64,000 nucleotides of DNA. Source: Macrostomum hystrix (Eukaryota > Animalia > Platyhelminthes). The stretch covers positions 3,410,001 through 3,474,000 of the forward strand of contig CATNEN010000012.1 of NCBI GenBank assembly GCA_950097015.1, written 5' to 3'. The position numbers and the translations under genes were made by a program. Shown one piece after another: positions 23,346 to 36,211 of the stretch (position 1 is its first letter; each line of letters opens with the position of its first letter). Below the pieces are notes generated by a model. That model saw only the letters and a program-made list of their open reading frames with translations. It ran no database searches and was not told where the DNA came from.

Positions 23346-26300
23346 ATGAAGCTAGTTCAGCTTGTCCATCTGCTGCTCTTTGAAGCCTTCCTGACGGCGT
23401 CCGCGGCGGCGTCCACCAGAAGTCCGTACTACAGCGAGCTGCCAGAAGCCTACAGACGCAGCTTCGAGACCGGCGATCGTTACTCAACCATTGTGGAATT
23501 TGTGCGCGAAGCCGTTGCCAACAAGCCCAACTGTCTGGGCACACAGAATCGCAGCCGCTTTCCTTTGTCTGCATTTCAGCTGCCGAATGCGGTTCAAAGC
23601 CCGCAGCGGCAGCAGATCAGGTATCGCGGCTTCGACAAATCAGTGAGATCCGTATTAAGCATGGCCAATTTGTTTAACTACATCTACCAGTTGGCTAATC
23701 GGCCCTTCGAGGACTGGTTCAAGGTCATCAACGAGGCCGAGGGTCACAAGGCACTGTGGTATAGCGTGGCCAGTTCCATTGTAGCCAGCGATAGTCGCGT
23801 CTTCGGCTGCTACATAGTGCTGCTGAATGGCAGCAGTGTAGTGGACACTGTGCCGCACGCTTACAGAGGCTTCAATAATAGCGTGCTGATCGAGAACTAT
23901 GTACAGAAAGTGTCCATCGCGGATATTCAACGGCCGGGCCAGCTGGAGCCGGGCTTCGAGTGGCTCGAGCGGCAGCGCTGGGGCCAGATCGCGCGGAGGG
24001 TCGGCGGTCGGCCTAGTCAGCGGATGAGCATCAAGGACCAGGCCAACCTGCATCATTTCACCTCAGGCCTGTTGCGCCTGCTCGACGATGGCAGCGAGGT
24101 CAAGGTGGTGACGGAGGCGGACGGCCTGTGGAATCCTCCGGTCTTCGTCTGCAGCCTCGGTCGCTGGCTGTTCTCCTACGCAGTGCCGTTCCTCAGCGGA
24201 CAGGCTGGCTCGCTGGCTGTCAAGTGAGAAAGCTCTCTGAAGGAGTGGTTTGCTGAATCCATAATGTAAATCCATGCACTCTGGGTCAGCTGGTAAAGCT
24301 GGTAACGTAACGAGAATCGCAGCTAAAACCATCACCAGAATCGCAGCTAGAATCGTCACCAGAATCGCAGCTAGAATCGTCACCAGAATCGCAGCTGGAA
24401 TCTCAACCAGAATCGTCTGCTAGTCTGTTCTTTAGGGACTGAGACTGTGGGGTTAATCAGATAAAGAGGTCTAATATAATCTTTTTAATGTCTTTAACAA
24501 ATTTAGTTTTTTCGTTGAATTTGCAGAGGCTGGATCGCACTAGAGTTTGACATCAACCAGTTGGACATTAACCAGTGCCTCAATGACAGCACGTTCAATT
24601 CATTCTACTCAACTGACGTGTGCAACCAGGCGACCACTGAGGTACTGCAACTACTGCTGAGACTGCACTTTATGGATTTAGAGACAGGGAGACAGAGACT
24701 GCATGCAGAGAGGACAGGTAGACAGAGAGGCTGCAGGCAGAGAGGACAGGTAGACAGAGAGACTGCATGCAGAGAGGACAGGTAGACAGAGAGGCTGCAG
24801 GCAGAGAGGACAGGTAGACAGAGAGGCTGCAGGCAGAGAGGACAGGTAGACAAAGAGACTGCAGGCAGAGAGGACAGGTAGACAGAGAGACTGCATGCAG
24901 AGAGGACAGGTAGACAGAGAGACTGCAGGCAGAGAGGACAGGTAGACAGAGAGGCTGCAGGCAGAGAGGACAGGTAGACAGAGAGGCTGTATCAAGAGAG
25001 ACCGCCTTGAAAGTCGGACGGTTCGGTTTTCTGATCGCATATAAAATGCCTTGCACCGCCTGATAGGTATTTTATTACTATTTTATGGAGTTGATAAGGC
25101 TTTGCCGATGTCTGTCCTGTCAGACCTGTGATCTAAAAGTGCAAGTTTTTGACACGGAAACCTGATCCCCAGCGATTTGTGTCTTACCTTTTGGCTTTAA
25201 AATCATATTCCCAATTTCGTCGCTCTAAAATCCGAGACTATAGAACTTCTGCATCAAATCCTCATTTCTAAATTATCCCTACTCAAATCCGCAGTGCTCA
25301 CACATTCCTGGCCAAGGCTTCACCGACCGCAATTTCATGTGCAAGTGCCGGGGTTTCTTTCATCACGGAAATTTCACTGGCGATCAGGTCCGTCAGCAAT
25401 ACCTGCTGCACCTGACGGGTCAGCCGTCTAATTACTCTGCAATGGAATGTGGGCCCTGCCCGCCCACCTGTCCCGGCTCGTGTACTACAGCCGGCCGTTG
25501 CCTGATCAAGTACGATTTGGACAAGCTGAGAGCGGTGCCGCTGGTTGTGCAAACCTTCTTCATGACCATCTGCCTGCTTACCGCTGGCATTGTGTTCATG
25601 GCCAGAAAGAATCGGGTGAGCTTAACAGGCTTCTTAGTGAATCATGTGAAGTTTCCATAGTAACCAATGCTGTTTCATTTTCTTCCAGGTAATCAAAGCG
25701 GCAGTGTGGATTCTTTTGGAGCTTTTCCTGCTGGGAGTTGCTATGCTGTACGCAACGGTGAGTTAGAATTAAGCCCTTTGATCTTTCTAACACCGCTCTT
25801 CGCCACAGAAAACTTACTCAAAAATACACCAGGTGTTCCTGATGTACCTGGAGCCGAGCTCCGAGATTTGTTTCATGATTCCGTGGTTTCGCGAGATCGG
25901 CTTCGCTGTGACCTACGGCACTTTGGTTGTGAAAATTTACCGGTAAGTAATACTGGCGTTTGCCGATAAAAAGTTGATACAATGTTAATGAAGTGCTTGT
26001 GTCACAGCTGTCAATATGATATGAGTGCTTGTGTCACAGCTGTCAATATGATATGAGTGCTTGTGTCACAGCTGTCAATATGATATGAGTGCTTGTGTCA
26101 CAGCTGTCAATATGATATGAGTGCTTGTGTCACAGCTGTCAATATGATATGAGTGCTTGTGTCACAGCTGTCAATATGATATGAGTGCGTGTGTCACAGC
26201 TGTCAATATGATATGAGTGCTTGTGTCACAGCTGTCAATATGATATGAGTGCTTGTGTCACAGCTGTCAATATGATATGAGTGCTTGTGTCACAGCTGTC

Positions 26301-29300
26301 AATATGATATGAGTGCGTGTGTCACAGCTGTCAATATGATATGAGTGCGTGTGTCACAGCTGTCAATATGATATGAGTGCTTGTGTCACAGCTGTCAATA
26401 TGATATGAGTGCTTGTGTCACAGCTGTCAATATGATATGAGTGCTTGTGTCACAGCTGTCAATATGATATGAGTGCGTGTGTCACAGCTGTCAATATGAT
26501 ATGAGTGCGTGTGTCAAAGCTGATATGAGCGATTTAGATGATAAAATAACAGGCCTAACAGCAAAACCCACCACCTGCCGCTCCATCAGCATCCTGTGCA
26601 GTTTCCAATCGCGCAAGGCGCACAGGGTGCACGTTCGCGACCGCGACCTATTGAAATACCTCGGCGGTATCGTGACAGTCGCCACCGGGTTCATGGCGGC
26701 CTGGACGGCGGCCACGCTGGATCACAGCCGTCGACTGTCCGGCCAGAGCGGCTGCGGTCAGCGGGTGCTGACTGGCCAGCTGGTGCTGGAGGACGGCCAA
26801 CTCGACGGCGACAGTGAGCTGGGATTCCGCGTATGCGCCATCGGCTACTGGGAGGCTGTGTGCGCCGCTGGTAGGTCAACTGCCAGATGTTTAGTGTTCT
26901 AAAGATGGGTCACCGGGTGCTGCTGACTTGCCAGGACTTGTCTTGTCTCTCCCCCACACGCACACAGGCGAGCTGTTGTTCCTAGCATTCGGCCTGTTCT
27001 ACTGCTACTGCGTTAGGACTGCCCCGTCGGACTGTTCGGAGGTCCGCTGCATCACCGCCGCTCTGGCAATTGAGCTATGCGTGTCCTTTGCCTACCATGT
27101 GGCCAGGTGAGAGAGAGATAAATAGGGACCATAGTTGGGAGAGAAGAACGGTGAAAGGATTCGAGAAAAGGGGATGTCAACTTAAGGCTCAACGTGTTTG
27201 CCTCTCGCATTAAGGTCCCTAAGCTCGATTCCGCGGCGAGGCCACATTTATTTGGGGCGCAGCCGTGGAGAGAAAGAAGACTTTGGGACTTGGCGGAGTA
27301 TGTACACACCTGTGTGAGCGAGTGCCTGCGTACGGTATCTGTGTGCGTGTACGCTCAGGAGTCAGCGAAATGTGCAGAATTGTCTCCTCGCTGGCTGCGT
27401 GTCTACTGTCACCAAATGATGTGCCATTGTCCGCAACGCGTCCTGCAATTTTTATTATGGAGCCCGAGGTCAATCGTCGAACCAAACCGACATGGTCAGG
27501 ACTGGGTTGAGATGTCTCGGCGCTTCAAGTCGACAGAACCGACCAGCTACTGATTTCAGTTGGTTTATTTTGAGGACCGACCTCGGCCTCCATCCTAGAG
27601 CCTTGAGTTGACTTCCATTTTAGGGCTAGAGAAAATAGAAAGAGATCTAAAAAGTCTGGGTCCATTTATCATTTGGAATCATCTGGCTAGACTAAGAAAG
27701 GCAAAGTTTCATTGTACAGTTTTCTACTTCTCCTACTGTAAGATCCGATGAGCCGTCAAAAATGCACTTTTAGGCATTTTGTTAGAACCACGCTTCATCC
27801 GGACTACGTGTACCTGATGTACTTTGGGCGTTGTCACGCTACAGTGACTGTCACCGCCGCTCTCGTCATTGGGCCGCGGGTGAGCCGAACTGAATTTAAA
27901 TCAAATCCGCTTTTTTTACTAAGCTGGCTGATTAAATTCAGCAGACCTTGAAACGGGTCGGCTGATTGAGCCCGTGACTCATATCTAATCACGAGGATTA
28001 AAAAAGATAAAAAACCCTTTACGCTCGTATATGAATATATGCTCGTATTTTCAAGCAAGTACATTTTCAACTCACAATCCGTGACCCCGCAGCTGTGGTA
28101 CGTGCACAGTCCGCCCAGGAATTCAATCAACAGCCGAAGTCTGATGTACTCGCAGGTTGATGCTAATCTAAGCGAGGCCATAAACCCAATGGCAATCGCA
28201 TCAAATGGGGACGTCGAAGTTTTGGAGACCAACCTAAGCGAAATGAATCCTGAGGACATACGCGTAAGGCCTCTGATCGATAAATGGCATGGTGGGCGCG
28301 GTGTTTTGGAAAGTAAAATGAGGTGGTGGGCGCCGTGGTTGGGGATGGAAAATGAGGTTGTTTTTTTTAAGGAAAAATGAGGTGGTGGGTGCGGTGGCTG
28401 AGAAAGGAAAATGTGGTGGTGGGTGCGGCGACTGGGGAAGGAAAATGAGGTGGTGGGCGCGGTGGTTGGGGAAAGAAAATGAGGTGGTGGGTGCGGCGAC
28501 TGGGGAAGGAATATGAGGTGGTGGGCGCGGTGGTTGGGGAAAGAAAATTAGGTGGTGGGTGCGGCGACTGCGGAAGGAAAATGAGGTGGTGGGTGCGGTG
28601 GCTGAGAATGGAAAATGTGGGAGGTGGTGGGTGAAGTGGCTTTATTGATAAGAGCGTAAATTTAGCGCCTTTTAGAAATGCGACTTCATTAAAACAGGAC
28701 CACACTAATACTGTGACAAAACAGTGACAAGACCACACTAACCGTGCATATTTTAACAACTTTGTTTTCTGTAAAGGCGGAGTTGAAGCGGCTGTACACC
28801 CAGCTGGAGATTCTAAAAACTAAAGTTATGCGACGTGAGAACCCGCACATCAGCAAGCGGAAGGGCGGCCGGAAGCAAACTCACAGGCGGTGAGTTCAAT
28901 TTTACTCTTTTTTGCCTTACCCGTGTGAGCCAAATAGTCACAGGTGATGAGAGTCACAGGTGAAGATAGTCACAGGAACAGGTGGTCACGAAGGCCTGAT
29001 GATAGTGATGATTGTGATGAGTGCATCTAAGCCTAGATATCGCTTAAGAGCAGTGCAGTGGACTCTTTGTTACCGCAGTAGTCTATGCTTTCTATATGAA
29101 ATAAAAACAAGCTGCTTGTGTCAAACCCAGTGACATAGTCTCATAGCGACTGCATGTTAATACCTTAGTGAGCCGCCTAACACAGCCTGCTTTGTAATTC
29201 AGTTTTTATTTTTTATTTAGCATTACTTTTTCTAACATTTGAGTACGGATGCGTTCGCTAATTTTCTTATGAGTACCATTAGATTTTCTACGTGTCATTT

Positions 29301-32300
29301 TTTGCCTTAAACTTCTGCTCATACTTATATGGCAAAAAGTGTAAGTCTAGGCTTCCATCTGAGAAACTGAGGATATTGTGCCTAGGAGATTCTCCCCAGA
29401 TAAGGTATCATCTTTACTTGATAAGATTATCTCTACTTGACAGGATTATCTCTACTTAACAGGATTATCTCTACTTGATATGATTATCTCTACTTGATAG
29501 GATTATCTCTACTTGATATGATTATCTCTACTTGACAGGATTATCTCTACTTGATATGATTATCTCTACTTGATAAGATTATCTCTACTTGACAGGATTA
29601 TCTCTACTTGATAAGATTATCTCTACTTGACAGGATTATCTCTACTTGATAGGATTATCTCTACTTGATATGATTATCTCTACTTGACAGGATTATCTCT
29701 ACTTGATAAGATTATCTCTACTTGACAGGATTATCTCTACTTGATAGGATTATCTCTACTTGATATGATTATCTCTACTTGACAGGATTATCTCTACTTG
29801 ATAAGATTATCTCTACTTGATATGATTATCTCTACTTGACAGGATTATCTCTACTTGATAAGATTATCTCTACTTGACAGGATTATCTCTACTTGATAGG
29901 ATTATCTCTACTTGAGAGGATTATCTCTACTTGATATGATTATCTCTACTTGACAGGATTATCTCTACTTGATAAGATTATCTCTACTTGATAATATTAT
30001 ATCTACTTGATATGATTATCTCTACTTGATAGGATTATCTCTATTTGACAAGATTATCTCTACTTGACAGGATTATCTCTACTTGACAGGATTATCTCTA
30101 CTTGATAAGATTATCTCTACTTGATAAGATTATCTCTACTTGATAAGATCATCTCTAATTGACAGGATTATCTCTACCTGATAAGATTATCTCTACTTGA
30201 CAGGATTATCTCTACTTGATATGATTATCTCTACTTGATAGGATTATCTCTACTTAACAGGATTATCTCTACTTGATATGATTATCTCTACTTGATATGA
30301 TTATCTCTACTTGATAGGATTATCTCTACTTGATATGATTATCTCTACTTGATATGATTATCTCTACTTAACAGGATTATCTCTACCTGATATGATTATC
30401 TCTACTTAATATGATTATCTCTACTTGATATGATTATCTCTACTTGATAGGATTATCTCTACTTGACAGGATTATCTCTACCTGATAAGATTATCTCTAC
30501 TTGATAGGATTATCTCTACTTGATAATATTATATCTACTTGATATGATTATCTCTACTTGATAGGATTATCTCTACTTGACAAGATTATCTCTACTTGAC
30601 AGGATTATCTCTACTTGACAGGATTATCTCTACCTGATAAGATTATCTCTACTTGATAAGATCATCTCTAATTGACAGGATTATCTCTACCTGATAAGAT
30701 TATCTCTACTTGACAGGATTATCTCTACTTGATATGATTATCTCTACTTGATAGGATTATCTCTACTTAACAGGATTATCTCTACTTGATATGATTATCT
30801 CTACTTGATATGATTATCTCTACTTGATAGGATTATCTCTACTTGATATGATTATCTCTACTTGATATGATTATCTCTACTTAACAGGATTATCTCTACT
30901 TGATATGATTATCTCTACTTGATATGATTATCTCTACTTGATATGATTATCTCTACTTGATAGGATTATCTCTACTTGATATGATTATCTCTACTTGACA
31001 GGATTATCTCTACTTGATAGGATTATCTCTACTTGATAGGATTATCTCTACTTGATAGGATTATCTCTACTTGACAGGATTATCTCTACTTGATATGATT
31101 ATCTCTACTTGATATGATTATCTCTACTTGATAGGATTATCTCTCCTTGATAGGATTATATCTACTTGATAGGATTATCGCAACCTGTTGGTCTGTATCT
31201 CCAGCTGAGAGGTAATCTCCACTTTGGGAGATAACTCCACCTGCGAAGCCGAACATCAGCTAGAATATTTATGATATTATATTAGCTTGGTCCCTGGCTA
31301 GTGATATCTAAGGTATTGGTTAAATAATTAATTGATTAACTGAGGTTTTACGATTCGCTGATTCTCGTGCCTACACACAATCTAGCGGGGCGGAGACCGG
31401 AATTCAGGAAAGGAAGGCAGGGCCCAGCTAATCTGGCTCCTTAATCTAGAGATGAGTTAGTACTTGTAACTTGTGAGACGATGGCAGTAGGGAAAGTCTT
31501 GAAACTACCAAACTAGTTGCAGTCTGCCTGACTGGATAGTTTTGCCTGCTAATTTTCTGGTGAGAAGTATTCAAGGACAGATTAGCAAAGACAGCAGTCA
31601 ATAACATTCTAGGTCAGTGGACAGATTAGCAAATACAACAATCAATAACATTCAACGTCAGTGGACAGATTAGCAAATACAACAATCAATAACATTCTAG
31701 GTCAGTGGACAGATTAGCAAATACAACAATCAATAACATTCTAGGTCAGTGGACAGATTAGCAAATGCAACAATCAATAACATTCTAGGTCAGTGGACAG
31801 ATTAGCAAATGCAACAATCAATAACATTCTAGGTCAGTGGACAGATTAGCAAATACAACAATCAATAACATTCTAGGTCAGTGGACAGATTAGCAAATGC
31901 AACAATCAATAACATTCTAGGTCAGTGGACAGATTAGCAAATACAACAATCAATAACATTCTAGGTCAGTGGACAGATTAGCAAATGCAACAATCAATAA
32001 AATTCTAGGTCAGTGGACAGATTAGCAAATACAACAATCAATAACATTCTAGGTCAGTGGACAGATTAGCAAATGCAAAAGTCACCCACATCTTAGGTCA
32101 GTGGACAGTGGTCAGTGGACAGTGGTCAGTGGACAGTGGTCAGTGGACAGTGGTCAGTGGACAGTGGTCAGTGGACAGTGGTCAGTGGTCAATGGACAGT
32201 GGTCAGTGGTCAGTGGACAGTGGTCAGTGGTCAATGGACAGTGGTCAGTGGACAGTGGTCAGTGGACAGTGGTCAGTGAACGGTGGTCAGTGGTCAGTGG

Positions 32301-35300
32301 TCAGTGGTCAGTGGTCAGTGGACAGTGGTCAGTGGACAGTGGTCAGTGGACAGTGGTCAGTGGTCAATGGACAGTGGTCAGTGGACAGTGGACAGTGGTC
32401 AGTGGACAGTGGACAAAAGAGAATTAATTCTGTGCGCAGTTCACGCACTAAGCAGACAGTGAATTCGCTCTCTGAACAGTCTAATGTATTGACCATGAGG
32501 TGGAGCAGAATTTAATTAGGTAATGCATTCCTGCAGTAGGAAGCAGTTTGACTCTAACTTGCATTATTTTCTTCTAGCATAGTTTATGTGCAGATTTTCA
32601 GTCACTGCGGAGATGAGAACTGCAGAACTGTGAGTAAAAAAAACAATTTTGTCTTCTCACCTCTTTCTCCCGCGAAATGTACTCACAGCGACTGACGAGC
32701 AGACAGAAGGGGCCTATTTGCGAGCCAATCTTCAATGCCCCCTCATTCCACATCTCGATCGTCACCCCGTGCCAATGGTAATTGTGAAAGCAGTGTACTT
32801 TTAACCCGAAAATTTTTGCGCGGCACTGAAAGCTGCACATTCGTCAATAAAAAAATTAGTGAAAGGTTTACTTCTGGAAAACAACGAGTGATTAAAAGTA
32901 AGGATCTGGATTTTCTAGATATTCTAAGAAAGTTGCGATTATACGAAAGTAACGATTACTAGAAAGTAACGCTTTCTAATTCTGGAAAAGTAAAAGAATA
33001 TAACGGTTATGAAAAAGTAACAATCTTGAGAAAGTCACAGTCATAAAGTACACATAGTGGGACATTATCATAGGTAGATATTAACAAAAAATATAAATTT
33101 ATAAAATAAAAAACAGCTATAGCTGTGATAAGTAACTGATAATAATAAGGTAATATTTACTGTAAATTGTTTAATATGCTATATTAACTAATAAGAAAAA
33201 GAAGGGTACAACTAGTGTTTTGTTTTTCACTCTGAACCAAAAGCACGTTAGTTTGCACAAAAAATGTTCTTTTGTCTAAAGTTAAAACTGCATTCAATCG
33301 TGTTTTTTCTTAAAACATACTGTTCGGTTCTTGTTTTTTTACTTTTCTAAATATGTTCTCTGTACCTGTTATCACCCACTAAGCACAGTCGTGTACACAA
33401 AATCACAAAAACAACTGATGCAAAGGATACTAAAAAGTGGGTTGTTGGATTACGTTTTAAGCGAGGAAAACTACTGTCCATAAAAAATTGATCTGCTGAG
33501 TATCGGAATCGTTGCTGTCTTTAAAATATTTAAAGGCTTGTACAATTAGAGTCTCTATCTGATTGGCTGAGGAGGATCGGTCAATGTTTCTATTTTTAGT
33601 AACAAAATGTTTCTATGTTTAGAAACAAAAGTTTTATATTTTTTAAAGGAAACATGCTGCTATTTTTAGAAATAAAGCGTTTCTTTTAAAGGCGTCATTT
33701 TTCATATTAGAAAATCCGATTTTACTGAATCTCAAGCCCAGGTGCTTGGACTAACAGCAGCCAATAGAAATTTGAAGATTATTATATAGTCTTTTTCGAT
33801 TTGTGTGTCTTTGTATTTCAGTCGTCATGGAACAATGAATAGACGAGGCTAGTTATTTCTGAATAGATGCAATGACTCCTCTCCGCTACCTTTGACAGAA
33901 GCCCGTCCTGGAGAGTGCAAAGGTTTGTAATCCCGCTGAGCACTGACTCATGCACTCTGAGCACTCCGTCTATTGTGTATATGGCAGAAATTTTTTATTT
34001 ATATTTTTTGCTTTTTTTAAAGTTAATGATCACAAATGACTGATTTGTTTCGCATGAATTGCCTGATTTGCCTGTATTCATGAATTGCATTGTCACAGAA
34101 ACAATAAAATTAGAAACCATTATAAAAACGCTATTAATTAAAGTTAATTTCGTGGTATGAAAAAATTCTATTAAGATACGCTCGTAGATTGTTCGATTCG
34201 AAACGTTTTCTTAAAACAACTCTAAACTTTATTTGAGTATCATCGTCAGCTGAAAATATGTCTGAAATCAATTATTAAGTGGTCCCAAAAGTACTCCGTT
34301 ATAAAGTGAATGATTATATAAACTTTTAAATTATTGTTTTATATATGTTTTATCATTTATTTATTTAGTCATTATTATTAATTCTATCTAAACCTTAATT
34401 ACGGCACACGAAATTCAATGGAGCAAATATGAACTGAAAGCTTCTGCATTCTTAATTTTTCTCTTCTTCCGGTATTCATTTACGGAGCAAAAAAGCGTTA
34501 GCTGTAGATTAAATAATTATGTAATATTAAAAAGAATAATTAAGTTAGATTATGATCGAGGCCTTGTTTGCACGTCTAGACAGAGTTTTATATTTTGTTC
34601 TACTTAAAAAAATAATAATTTGAGAAAAAAAACTTCAAGTCTACGCAACAAAACACATTGAAGTGCGAATTTAAGCGAAAACTGAAAATATCTTTTGTTT
34701 TATTACTGCTAGAAAAAGTTATTTTTTTTAATATTTCAAAAGCACGAATATAGCACGAATTTTGCTATTTCGCGCACGCTTACGACATGACATGGCCTTG
34801 CAAAACTTGCTCCATTTCAATGAAACTTCGGAAAAGCTTCGAAATGCGAATCATTTTTATGCATTATATTTAAACTAATAAAAGGTTTTGTTTTTCGCTG
34901 CACCCCGCAAGCTGCTTCCGGCATGGCTTCCTTGCCCTTTGGTTGGGGTGCGCTCAAGTACTTTACAATAACTTGCATCAGTTTCTAAAATGCATATTCA
35001 AAAAAATTTCCATTCTGTCGAGCCACACTTTTAATTGACAAATGGACTTGATTTTTGCTTTGCTGCTTATCATTTTGACCTGATAATTTCAGATCCACAA
35101 TCAAGACTCAGTTGAGACACACAGCTACCATTGTATACTACAGCTACACAGCTGTCTTTGCTCACTACCCTCTTCCCTTAATTAACCTTGAAAGTATGAG
35201 ATTTTCATTTCTCTGTCCAAGTTCGGCTATTGTGCCAGTTTATGCACCGACCCCACTGAGTTCCTATGATTGCCAGGTGTTGCACTCGTGCCTCTCGTTT

Positions 35301-35428
35301 CCTGGCAAGATTTTATGGGATGGGAAAATTATTAAAAAAGAAACAATTTGATCTTTGCAAATAAAGAACCTATTAACATTCCCTACCATTGTGCAGCTTC
35401 TCACTGCAGCCATTCTACCACAAGCACA

Positions 35429-35459
<31 letters not shown>

Positions 35460-35568
35460 TCAGCAGCAGCAGCAGGTTGCTGTCTCTGTTCACGAGGAGG
35501 AGGTCTCGAAGGTGTCAGAGGACTCGTCGAATTCGGCCGGAGACTGTCCAGAAAATACGGGGAATTAA
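23346..35568 (+). CDS. GPR158: GPR158/GPR179-like class C GPCR, about 824 aa, 11 exons (23346-24223, 24527-24641, 25295-25615, 25689-25757, 25833-25942, 26590-26870, 26968-27106, 27774-27879, 28093-28263, 28777-28889, 35397-35568)
   Basis: Signal peptide, a large ectodomain ending W..P.F.C...W..SYAVPF, and an EGF-like segment (LDINQC...CSHIPGQG...CKC). The 7TM region contains PWFREIGFAVTYGTLVVKIYR. The family tail EDIRAELKRLYTQLEILK..NPHI continues into RRFSLQPF. All junctions are GT-AG and in phase (2475 nt). The last exon is the least certain. Confidence 0.9.
24325..24420. repeat. 24-bp repeat, about 4 units (CACCAGAATCGCAGCTAGAATCGT), GPCR intron 1
   Basis: Direct reading. Confidence 0.85.
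24680..24990. repeat. 32-bp minisatellite (GCAGAGAGGACAGGTAGACAGAGAGGCTGCAG), GPCR intron 2
   Basis: About 9 units. Confidence 0.94.
25992..26530. repeat. 32-bp minisatellite (GTGCTTGTGTCACAGCTGTCAATATGATATGA), GPCR intron 5
   Basis: About 16 near-identical units filling most of the intron. Confidence 0.97.
27191..27456 (+). mobile_element. SINE family 1 copy, 5'-truncated and internally deleted, GPCR intron 7
   Basis: Matches the reverse complement of 3964-4305, lacking roughly 80 bp of the middle. Confidence 0.85.
28300..28632. repeat. Degenerate ~37-bp G-rich minisatellite (GAAAATGAGGTGGTGGGTGCGG...), GPCR intron 9
   Basis: About 8 units with alternating variants. Confidence 0.88.
29411..31178. 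repeat. 21-bp satellite (GATTATCTCTACTTGATA[A/G/T]), GPCR intron 10
   Basis: About 84 units. Confidence 0.98.
31590..32095. repeat. 44-bp minisatellite (GGTCAGTGGACAGATTAGCAAATACAACAATCAATAACATTCTA), GPCR intron 10
   Basis: About 11 units. Confidence 0.96.
32096..32415. repeat. 14/7-bp repeat (GGTCAGTGGACAGT / GGTCAGT)
   Basis: Continues directly from the 44-bp array and reuses its first 12 nt. Confidence 0.95.
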
Positions 35569-36211
35569 CTATTTAGATTTCCCATTGCGAATGCTGCAAC
35601 ACGCTGGCACAAAAATATCATGAAACTTCGCATGTTCTAAAGTTTTCATTTCTTGCGAGAAATTACAAGCTAAATAAATTTGCTTGAACTTACTGAAAGT
35701 AGCTTTTAAAGTATTTGATATACATTTATCTTTGTTATCATAATTAAATGTGAGTCTGCTGTTTCTAACTTTGTTATATTTTTTAGAATCATGTTGCTTT
35801 TCTGCTTTTTAACTCGCGCATATTGACAGTAAAATGCATCTAGAATTTTTTGACTCCGTGTACTCATATTTTTGTGAATTCTGATTCCAAATAAAAAAGT
35901 TTGTCGAATTAGATGTGCAAAATTTATTTCCGAAAAAACCTAACTATCTGCGCATGCTCGTCGTTTCCTTGTTCTTGCTGCGCGACAAACAAGCAATGCC
36001 AAGTAATTTGCCAAGTTGGCTTTGCACAATGAAACTGCACAGAAATTAGTTGGACCTTCCCGCGCTGTACAATTGATGCATTGTCTATTTTGGGGGGCAT
36101 GTGTACTCAGAGTTAGATTTAATGCATCTGCCGACGGATAGTAACTAGTCTAAGAGATAAACACAACACTACACACTACACTCAGCAGCTAATCAAACTG
36201 ACAAAGCAGCC

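Noticed and set aside
33820-33925. Exon-like segment (CNDSSPLPLTEARPGECK) in GPCR intron 10
   Set aside because: Splice signals are weak, and its exit phase does not connect to the terminal exon.
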